Shown: positions 57,392 through 64,000 of the stretch, one piece after another
Position numbering within the stretch: the first letter of the stretch is position 1
How the letters are laid out: each line of letters begins with the position of its first letter
DNA from: a virus
DNA: 64,000 bases
Virus record (IMG/VR): IMGVR_UViG_3300046474_000239
Span: 32,001 to 96,000 of that record
Strand: one strand, 5' to 3'
Notes under the pieces: generated by a model
Databases searched by the model: none
Seen by the model: only the letters and a program-made list of their open reading frames with translations
What the model was told of the DNA's origin: nothing
Position numbers and translations under genes: made by a program

Positions 57392-57419
57392 TTGATTAAT
57401 CTTACAATTTTGATATTAT
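57392..57419 (+). promoter_or_regulatory. putative sigma70 promoter of the AAA operon
   Basis: TTGATT-N16-TATTAT with TGn extension; palindrome at 57432. Confidence 0.6.
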
Positions 57420-57505
57420 AGGGATGTCGTCGTGCAATTGATTGCACCGACCTGGTCTTTAAAGACTGAGCCTTTCCGGCTCCAACCAAGCTCAAGGAAA
57501 ACAAC

Positions 57506-59203
57506 ATGACCACACCAGCAGTCTCCACCCTCGGCACGTCCGAGCAGCAACTAATGGACAGCGTGTACAAGCTCTCGGATGCCGGGGGTTCGATTATCCA
57601 GATCCGTTCGCGGGAGGTTCCGCGTACCTTGACGACCCTGCGCAAATCCATCCTGGCGGACGACACCAACGTCTACAAGGAATGGGACCAGATCAACGGG
57701 TGGCGCAACATCTTCAGTCTGGAGAACTTCAGCGAGCACATCACGCCTGGCGACAGTCAGTTGGACTATGACACCGCAGTCCTGGCGCCGATGAACGATA
57801 TGCGCAACGCGACCAGCGCGGTAAATGCGGACAGCGACAAGATGCACTACTTCATCTATGTCGACTTCCACACCTTCATCGAAGGCAACCCACGGATCAT
57901 TGCCGCGATGCAGCAGTACGCCGCAGTCCTGCCCGCTCGTAACGTCTGCATCATCCTGCTCACGCCGGAGGTCAACTTGAGCGACCTGCCACTGGGCACC
58001 GTCCTGTCCGTCGACGCACCTACCCCTACGGCTGAAGAGCTGGAAGGTTGCTTGCGCCGCCTGGTAGAAGCCAGCTCCGATGCCTGGCCCGAAGAGCTGG
58101 ACATCAAGGACGCCGACTATCACCTGATCAGCCACCTCGGCCTGGGCATGACACGCTACGAGTTCGAGACGTATGCATCCATCGCCATCGTCGAAGCGGG
58201 GCACAAGAAAGACCCAATGCTGACCGCCGAAGACCTGGTTCACGGCATCAGCGTGGGTAAGACCGAGGTCGTGAAACAGTCCGACATCCTGGAGCTGTTC
58301 CACACCGAGGACATGAGCGAAGTGGGCGGCATGCAGCGCTTGAAGGACTGGATCAACAACCGGGCGGACGCCTTCAGCGACGAGGCCCAAGAGTTCGGCG
58401 TGGAAGCACCGAAGGGTATTGCTATCGTCGGCGTGCCAGGCACCGGTAAGTCCCTCGTAGCCAAGGCCATCGCCAGCGCCCTGAACGCCCCACTCCTGCG
58501 CCTCGACTTCGGCCGGGTCTTCAGCAAGTTCATCGGCGACTCCGAAAGCCGTATGCGCTCCGCCTTGAAGATGGTTGAGTCCATGGGCCACCTGGTTCTG
58601 TTCGCGGACGAGATCGACAAGGGTCTGGGCGGTATTGGCCAGGGCGGCGGCGACAGCGGCACCAGCTCCCGCGTACTGGGTGCGTTCCTCACCTGGATGC
58701 AGGAGAACAAGTCCAAGGTCTTCGTTATCGTGACCGCCAACCGTATCGACGGCCTGCCGCCTGAGCTGTTCCGCAAGGGCCGCCTGGACCAAGTCTTCTC
58801 GGTAGGCCTGCCGTCACCGGCCGAGCGCGTCGAAGTCCTGGAAGTGCACTTGCGCAAACGCGGGCGGGACATCAATGACTTCACCGACAAGGAAGTCAAT
58901 GCGTTCAAGGCCGCCAGCGAAGGCCGGGTGCCCGCAGAGATCGAAGCATCTGTAAAGGATGGCCTGGTCTCCGCGTTCAACGATGACGATGCACAGGACC
59001 TGGAGATGCACCACATCATCGACGCGCTCGAAGAGTCGGTGCCTATGTCCAAGTCTCACGCTACCGCCATCAATGCCATGGTCGAATGGGCTCGCGACAA
59101 TGCCACGCCCGTCAACTACGAAGACGTGCCGGTAGTACCAAAGTCCGCTGGCCCAGGCGGGGAACCAGTACGCCGCAGCGTAGTACGTCCACGCCGAGTC
59201 TGA
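57506..59203 (+). CDS. Ycf46-like AAA+ ATPase
   Basis: Walker A GVPGTGKS, Walker B LFADEIDK, TANRIDGLPPELFRKGRLD; degenerate N-terminal domain. Confidence 0.92.
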   Translation: MTTPAVSTLGTSEQQLMDSVYKLSDAGGSIIQIRSREVPRTLTTLRKSILADDTNVYKEWDQINGWRNIFSLENFSEHITPGDSQLDYDTAVLAPMNDMRNATSAVNADSDKMHYFIYVDFHTFIEGNPRIIAAMQQYAAVLPARNVCIILLTPEVNLSDLPLGTVLSVDAPTPTAEELEGCLRRLVEASSDAWPEELDIKDADYHLISHLGLGMTRYEFETYASIAIVEAGHKKDPMLTAEDLVHGISVGKTEVVKQSDILELFHTEDMSEVGGMQRLKDWINNRADAFSDEAQEFGVEAPKGIAIVGVPGTGKSLVAKAIASALNAPLLRLDFGRVFSKFIGDSESRMRSALKMVESMGHLVLFADEIDKGLGGIGQGGGDSGTSSRVLGAFLTWMQENKSKVFVIVTANRIDGLPPELFRKGRLDQVFSVGLPSPAERVEVLEVHLRKRGRDINDFTDKEVNAFKAASEGRVPAEIEASVKDGLVSAFNDDDAQDLEMHHIIDALEESVPMSKSHATAINAMVEWARDNATPVNYEDVPVVPKSAGPGGEPVRRSVVRPRRV

Positions 59204-59213
59204 GGAGAGCGCC

Positions 59214-59834
59214 ATGAGCGACGGCACACAACGGGTCAGCCTGACCTACGGGAAAGTCAACCTGAAGAACTCCAGCCTTACGCTGGCCAGCCTTCGGATT
59301 ACGGCCCCGTTCAAACGTGAATCGGCTGCTAACACCGGCCGAGCCGAACAATACTCGAAGGAGTACATCCAGAGCACCCGCTACCGTGACATCGGCGGCG
59401 GCTTCACCAGGCAGCGCGTGATTCACCCTTCGGGGACATTGCTGAGCGTGCAGGCGACGAAGACCAAGAACGGCGTTCTCAACGCAGAAGCGGTGATCCT
59501 GCTCCGGCTGCGCACAGGGGCGGACATGCTCTCGATCAACATCAAGCTGCCAACCAGCCCAGACAGCCTCCTGGGGGATACCCTCCAGGCGTTTGTCGGG
59601 GAGGCAGACATCATTAGCTGGGAAGAGCTGCGGATCCTGGGCATCGACTGCCCGAAGTCCTACCAGAACCGCTACGGTAACGAAGACGAGATAGACGAGC
59701 TGCTGGAGGTCAACGTGGTCCGCAGGGGCAACATCAGCAAACCACAGCTCGTAGCCGTCTCCACGTCGGAAGGCACCGTGGTCCGGGCGGTGGGTACTGA
59801 GGCGGTTCGCCGCGTCAAGATAAGGAGGCACTGA
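59214..59834 (+). CDS. hypothetical protein (AAA operon)
   Basis: GAGGAG RBS; ends RRVKIRRH. Confidence 0.75.
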   Translation: MSDGTQRVSLTYGKVNLKNSSLTLASLRITAPFKRESAANTGRAEQYSKEYIQSTRYRDIGGGFTRQRVIHPSGTLLSVQATKTKNGVLNAEAVILLRLRTGADMLSINIKLPTSPDSLLGDTLQAFVGEADIISWEELRILGIDCPKSYQNRYGNEDEIDELLEVNVVRRGNISKPQLVAVSTSEGTVVRAVGTEAVRRVKIRRH

Positions 59835-59835
59835 C

Positions 59836-60819
59836 ATGTCGAACGACGACGACGACGAGATAAGGGGTACTGCGGACTTTCCTACGCTGAGTGCCCAGGT
59901 GGCCCAGGCGCTGCTCGACGACCCGCCGCCGCCAAACCCTGCGCTTATGCGTCTGCTATCCACTGAGCGGAGCGGTAGACAACCAGACCCGCCGAACTAC
60001 CAGTCAATGCCGGACCCCGGACAGTCACCCTTCGATAGAGCGTTCGTGGAAGTGCGTAGGGCGACGGAGAACATTGCGCTGGGGTTAGCTGGCGTAGGGC
60101 GGGCCACCTACGCTCAGCGTATCAACGAGATGGCCCGCAGGGTGGACCCACGGCTGAACGAGTTCCGCATGACTCTGCCGGGCGGGGTCATCCAGTCAGT
60201 TCAGATGGAGCGGGTGGTAGCCCAGGCTAGGTACGACTACCACCATGTAGAACACACCATGGTGAGCCTGGGCAACCCGTTCAACGGGTCGATGGGCCAG
60301 GAGATCTTCAACCGGATACAAGTCGCCACGGGAGGAAACAGGGAGCTGCTCCAGTTAATGCCCGCTATCCTAAACCAGTTCCAGGGCGCACAAGGTTCCA
60401 CCGCTCGCGACCAGATGGTACTGGCGACCTGCATAATGCTCCTGGTCGAGGATGACGCTTGGCACGACTCCGGGATGAACAACGTCACCGGGTACGAGTT
60501 CCAGGTGGATCGAGACATCAGGACCATGGAGCACCACCTCGTCATGCACGGGCGGAGGGCGGTCGACACTGCCCAGCAGCTCATGAATGCGAGTGGCCCG
60601 GCACGCAATGCGGCCAGCACCTACACCGAGTCACTGCGGCCGTCGCGTCCAACGGAGAAGAAAGCCCCAGAGTTGCCTAAAGCGCCAACCGGCCGCAGGC
60701 TGCGACTGGGTAAGGCAGTAAGCAACGTAGAACCAGGGGATGTCAGTGTCCCTACACAACCCTCGTCCGATGGGCGAGAATCGACTCGTAAGGTAAATCT
60801 CCGCAAGCGGCGGACCTAA
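59836..60819 (+). CDS. hypothetical protein (AAA operon)
   Basis: AGGAGG RBS; ends RKVNLRKRRT. Confidence 0.7.
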   Translation: MSNDDDDEIRGTADFPTLSAQVAQALLDDPPPPNPALMRLLSTERSGRQPDPPNYQSMPDPGQSPFDRAFVEVRRATENIALGLAGVGRATYAQRINEMARRVDPRLNEFRMTLPGGVIQSVQMERVVAQARYDYHHVEHTMVSLGNPFNGSMGQEIFNRIQVATGGNRELLQLMPAILNQFQGAQGSTARDQMVLATCIMLLVEDDAWHDSGMNNVTGYEFQVDRDIRTMEHHLVMHGRRAVDTAQQLMNASGPARNAASTYTESLRPSRPTEKKAPELPKAPTGRRLRLGKAVSNVEPGDVSVPTQPSSDGRESTRKVNLRKRRT

Positions 60820-60852
60820 ATCAAAGTGCAATCAATTGCACGGGAGGAAGAT

Positions 60853-61296
60853 GTGTCTCACACCAGCGCAGTCAAAGCCATCGCAATCAGCTCCATTGAG
60901 TCCCTGCAAGCTGCGATCACCGAGCTGAACAGCATGGGCGTAAAGTGCAGCCTGATCGCCAACGCCAAACCTCGTGCCTACTTCCAGAACCAGGAAGGCA
61001 TGGGTCAAGCCGACTTCGTAATCAAGCTGGATGACAGCCGTTACGACGTAGGCCTGTACAAGACTCCCTCGGGCGGTTACGAGGCTCGCACCGACTGGTT
61101 CGGCCAGGACGTGGAGAAGATCCTCGGCACCAAGAACTACAACAAGGGCAACCAGGAGCAGGCCAAGCTGGGCAAGTTGTTCCAGATGTATGGCGTGCAC
61201 GCGGCGATGAACGAAGCCCGCCGCAAGGGGCTCCAGGCTACCCGCCAGAAAGGCGCGGACGGCAAGGAACAAGTGATAATTACGGGCTACCGCTAA
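60853..61296 (+). CDS. DUF1257 (Ycf35-like) protein
   Basis: MSH.S.V....I.....L..A..EL, AD.VI......DVG......Y....DW, L.Q.Y. Confidence 0.8.
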   Translation: MSHTSAVKAIAISSIESLQAAITELNSMGVKCSLIANAKPRAYFQNQEGMGQADFVIKLDDSRYDVGLYKTPSGGYEARTDWFGQDVEKILGTKNYNKGNQEQAKLGKLFQMYGVHAAMNEARRKGLQATRQKGADGKEQVIITGYR

Positions 61297-61339
61297 CAGT
61301 CGGTAGAAACTCCCCACCCACAACCAGTAGGACACCATC

Positions 61340-61540
61340 ATGCAGAAGCGAGTAGTTGTCACCGTGGACCCGGACGGGACCACCTCCATCGACGCCCAGA
61401 ACTTCAAGGGCAAAGGCTGCCAAGATGCGACCGAGCAAGTTGCCCTGGCCTTGGGCGGCGTAACCCGCGATAAGTCGGATGACCGTAAAAAGCCCGATTA
61501 CTTCGCGACCAACCCCGGCACCAACACCCTGAAGGGCTAA
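61340..61540 (+). CDS. DUF2997 family protein
   Basis: V.VDPDG...I....FKG..C..AT......LG........PDYF. Confidence 0.85.
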   Translation: MQKRVVVTVDPDGTTSIDAQNFKGKGCQDATEQVALALGGVTRDKSDDRKKPDYFATNPGTNTLKG

Positions 61541-61544
61541 GGCC

Positions 61545-61940
61545 ATGAAGGACGAGAAGGAGATGGACATGGGAATGCTATCGAACAACCTCGACAAACC
61601 GCAGGATGCTTTGGTGATCACGTTCGATGAATTCGGCGCGGCCGAGTCATTGCACATTGATCAATTCGACCTGGGGTTCCTGGGGAGCAAGAAGATCACG
61701 CGAGCTACGGACATCCTGTTTGACGAGGCTTCGCAGTCCTGGACCATCTACCTTCTCACTGAAGGTAAAGACCCAACCTTGCCCTGGAAGGGGTGCAAGG
61801 GTCTGCCGACCTACGAGGTCGCACGGTCTGTCGAAGTGGCCTGGCTGAACCTCTGCCGAGTCAACGACGCGGACCCGAAGAGCGATACAGGGCATGTGTA
61901 TTTGAACCAAGCTCGGAAGGTTAACGGTCTCGCAATTTGA
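61545..61940 (+). CDS. hypothetical protein, last gene of the AAA operon
   Basis: FD..G....L.....DL..LG...I.RAT.I.FD.....W. Confidence 0.7.
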   Translation: MKDEKEMDMGMLSNNLDKPQDALVITFDEFGAAESLHIDQFDLGFLGSKKITRATDILFDEASQSWTIYLLTEGKDPTLPWKGCKGLPTYEVARSVEVAWLNLCRVNDADPKSDTGHVYLNQARKVNGLAI

Positions 61941-61956
61941 CACTTTCCCACCTTAT

Positions 61957-61977
61957 GCCCTCCTCGGAGGGCTTTTT
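61957..61977 (+). terminator. intrinsic terminator
   Basis: GCCCTC-CTCG-GAGGGC-TTTTT. Confidence 0.85.
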
Positions 61978-61991
61978 ATTAACTGGAGTAC

Positions 61992-62032
61992 ATCTTACCA
62001 AAATTGACCCACCCCGGTCAAAAAGGTAAGAT
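61992..62032. promoter_or_regulatory. symmetric promoter/operator element
   Basis: ATCTTACC-AAAA-TTGACC-CACCCC-GGTCAA-AAA-GGTAAGAT; reads TTGACC-N17-TAAGAT on + and TTGACC-N18-TAAGAT on -. Confidence 0.75.
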
Positions 62033-62061
62033 AGACTCACCAACGAGAGGAGGTACAAGCA

Positions 62062-62409
62062 ATGCAGACGTTCAGCGAAGTAGAAGCGGGCAAGGCCCTC
62101 ACCAGGCTCGCCCAGCGCAAGCTGCGAGACACCACCATCAAGCCGACAGCGGTATGCCTGTTCGCCTGGCTGGCAGCCGAAGCGGCCCGCGAAAACATCA
62201 ACCCGGTGCAAACCACCATCAGTGACATGTTCTTCGGATTCACCGCTCGCGGCGACGGCGAGGAAGTAGAGATCTGCCGGGTGGGTATGTCGATCAACAC
62301 AATCAAGGCCTGCCTGGAGAACCTGGAAGATACGGGCTTCATTGCCACCGACCGTATCGCCAGCACTCGTGGACAGAAGATCAATGTAGAGATCGTCATC
62401 GGGGCGTAA
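62062..62409 (+). CDS. putative winged-helix DNA-binding protein
   Basis: RVGMSINTIKACLENLEDTGFI HTH signature; GAGGAGG RBS. Confidence 0.75.
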   Translation: MQTFSEVEAGKALTRLAQRKLRDTTIKPTAVCLFAWLAAEAARENINPVQTTISDMFFGFTARGDGEEVEICRVGMSINTIKACLENLEDTGFIATDRIASTRGQKINVEIVIGA

Positions 62410-62412
62410 GCC

Positions 62413-62943
62413 ATGAAAATAGTGCAACAGCCTTTGGTCCCACGGGAGGAGTTTGCGGAGGCCTACCGAAAGCTGAAGCTATGGTGGGGTATGCGCCATA
62501 TCGAGGAAGAGGCGTACATCCTGGGAGTGCACCTGCTAGCCAAGATGGTTCGCCAGGACAGCAAGGAAATATCGGCCACCTGGGCAGAGTTCCAGAACGA
62601 GGTAGTCGTTCGCGGTGATGAGGTGGTAGCTGGACCACTGCATGGGGTGGAGTTCCTCTTTCTCGGGGCGGTGCAGCAACTACACACCACCGTGGGGATA
62701 TTCAGCCACATCAGCCAGGAAGGCATGGAGCGAAGCCTGTTAGAAGCCAGAGAGCACAACTTCATCAGCCAGCACTTCACCAAGTCGCCGGGCCAGGAAG
62801 AAGACCTGCTAGGGCCACACACCCCTATGCTGTTCGTCTTGGTGCCTTGGGCGGGGTACGACCCAGACAAGACCTGGAGCACCTACGCAGACGGGGGGCA
62901 TGTACGCAAACTGCCCGCGTGGATCAACAAAACAAAAGGGTGA
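62413..62943 (+). CDS. hypothetical protein
   Basis: Tight packing. Confidence 0.65.
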   Translation: MKIVQQPLVPREEFAEAYRKLKLWWGMRHIEEEAYILGVHLLAKMVRQDSKEISATWAEFQNEVVVRGDEVVAGPLHGVEFLFLGAVQQLHTTVGIFSHISQEGMERSLLEAREHNFISQHFTKSPGQEEDLLGPHTPMLFVLVPWAGYDPDKTWSTYADGGHVRKLPAWINKTKG

Positions 62944-62947
62944 TTCC

Positions 62948-64000
62948 ATGCAACACACTCACGCGCACGTCGCGTTGAGCGCACTACGGCAAAGCCTGAC
63001 CCAGAAGGACGACCTCTACTTTGTTGCATGGGTAAAAGTGAACTCCGTTTTAGGGAAGTTTTGGCCAGAGCGGTTCAGCGCAAGTGAGTATCTTGTTCTA
63101 CTTTTCATAGTGAGCAGGACACTGATGTTCAGGAAGAAGGCGGAAGTAATAACCAAAAAACACTTCGCAGAGGGTGTAACGTCCAGCAGAAGTGTCACCT
63201 GTTCTGGGTGTGGGGTAGGAGAAACAGCGCTGAAGAAGGCCTTAAAGAGGTTGTGCGATGAAGATTTCCTTCACGTTCACAGCTTTAAGGAGGGTAATAC
63301 AGAGACCGTACCAAGGATTTACGAGCTGAATTTCGTCAAAATCCTAGACGGATACGACACGGACGAGGTGCACAACATGCTCAAACGAGGAAAATCCGCC
63401 GTACAAAACGACGCCAAAGAGGACGAAGATGACCCGTTTTTAGGGGGGTTACATGTAAGGGGGGAGGGGGGTCGCAATCGTGGGTACATAACAGAGGTAT
63501 TACATACCTCTAATAAAGCATTAATAACTAATAAGTCCGCCGAGGCGGAGACGGGAGGAGAAGCAGTACTACGGGTGGGTAAACGTAGACGTACAGATGC
63601 AACTGATTGCACGGACAAACCCAAGCCTATCTCTGGTAATGCCAGGGAGCGGTTGGCACAGATGCAGGCTATGGCCGCAGGTAACCGGGCGAAGCGTCTT
63701 CACTCTGTTCGTGGGCTACCCGAGCGTCGATGGGACATCAAGGACCTACAAGCGCTACTCGACGAAGCACGTACTCAGTGTGGCCTATCAGTACCGCGTG
63801 TGATGGCTACCGCGAAAGGCGCGGGCGTTCTGTTCAAGCGGATGAAAGCCGCAGAGATCAACGACTCCCTGGAGTTCTTCACCTGGGCCTTCACGCACTG
63901 GTCCACCGTGGCGAACGCCAACCGCCGCAGCAAGGCACGGCAGCTCAAGGATACGAAGACGGTGAACAGCGAGATGTCGCTTATCCCCAACTTCGCAGAA
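62948..64000 (+). CDS. lambda O-like replication initiator, 3'-truncated (not in the ORF track)
   Basis: ATG at 62948 with the frame open to the window end; SEYLVLLFIVSRTL.F.K..E.I...HF.EG...G.GE..LKKALKRL resembles the O-protein N-terminal wHTH; AT-rich internal tract. Confidence 0.7.
   Translation, partial: MQHTHAHVALSALRQSLTQKDDLYFVAWVKVNSVLGKFWPERFSASEYLVLLFIVSRTLMFRKKAEVITKKHFAEGVTSSRSVTCSGCGVGETALKKALKRLCDEDFLHVHSFKEGNTETVPRIYELNFVKILDGYDTDEVHNMLKRGKSAVQNDAKEDEDDPFLGGLHVRGEGGRNRGYITEVLHTSNKALITNKSAEAETGGEAVLRVGKRRRTDATDCTDKPKPISGNARERLAQMQAMAAGNRAKRLHSVRGLPERRWDIKDLQALLDEARTQCGLSVPRVMATAKGAGVLFKRMKAAEINDSLEFFTWAFTHWSTVANANRRSKARQLKDTKTVNSEMSLIPNFAE

Larger units (their letters stand above)
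715..63612. repeat. dispersed 16-bp near-palindrome GTGCAAT(CA/TG)ATTGCAC, about 25 copies
   Basis: Starts with CA centre: 715, 1875, 3391, 5007, 8756, 14696, 17238, 31803, 35075 (1 mismatch), 37165, 49435, 60826. Starts with TG centre: 5715, 6017, 6799, 9224, 9511, 20270, 22935, 28807, 44592, 53827, 55311, 57432, 63597 (1 core mismatch). First and last bases vary slightly. Confidence 0.97.

Noticed and set aside
27494-58792. Long minus-strand ORFs (e.g. 27494, 29843, 32344, 36115, 44328, 57551)
   Set aside because: They are antisense shadows of strongly codon-biased + strand genes, with no RBS or recognisable motifs
715-63612. 16-bp repeat as a CRISPR array or REP element
   Set aside because: Copies are isolated, kilobases apart and often intragenic; there is no regular spacer structure and no cas or transposase gene
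715-63612. 16-bp repeat as an Anr/FNR box, sigma54 promoter or canonical parS
   Set aside because: It has only one TTGAT/ATCAA half-site, lacks GG-N10-GC spacing in the copies checked, and differs from the TGTTTCACGTGAAACA parS consensus
715-63803. ORF-track starts MQSIA/MQLIA at 715, 6017, 8756, 53827, 60826 and 63597
   Set aside because: These starts come from the GTG/ATG in the palindrome; better RBS-supported starts lie downstream, or the ORF lies inside another gene (37165 is the exception)
1-64000. tRNA, rRNA, integrase or IS elements
   Set aside because: No cloverleaf/T-loop pattern or recombinase motif was recognised by eye; a tRNAscan or HMM run would be needed to exclude them fully

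Overview
This is a 64-kb segment of a GC-rich (about 60%) tailed dsDNA phage. A long tape measure gene and no sheath gene point to a siphovirus, and the spanins point to a Gram-negative host. Essentially all credible genes lie on the + strand. Layout: (i) about 0-27 kb, a dense early/accessory region of small, mostly unknown genes, interrupted at 5.0-6.0 kb by a non-coding locus of head-to-head repeat arrays; (ii) dNMP kinase and dimeric dUTPase; (iii) head module (degenerate SNase-fold protein, portal, XkdF-type protease, scaffold, major capsid); (iv) tail module with a -1 frameshift chaperone pair, tape measure and tip/fibre genes; (v) lysis cassette (holin, GH19 endolysin, DUF1353, i-/o-spanins); (vi) a Ycf46-like AAA+ ATPase / DUF1257 / DUF2997 operon; (vii) a wHTH gene and a lambda-O-like replication initiator that runs off the end. 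I recognised no terminase, integrase, tRNA or CRISPR array. The strongest unexplained signal is about 25 copies of a 16-bp near-palindrome, GTGCAAT(CA/TG)ATTGCAC, scattered across the window, including inside structural genes. Other notable signals are a strand-polarised CGGGCGG motif, which also builds the inverted arrays at 5 kb, and Arg-rich terminal peptides shared by many unrelated proteins. All product calls come from motif recognition by eye; no database search was run.
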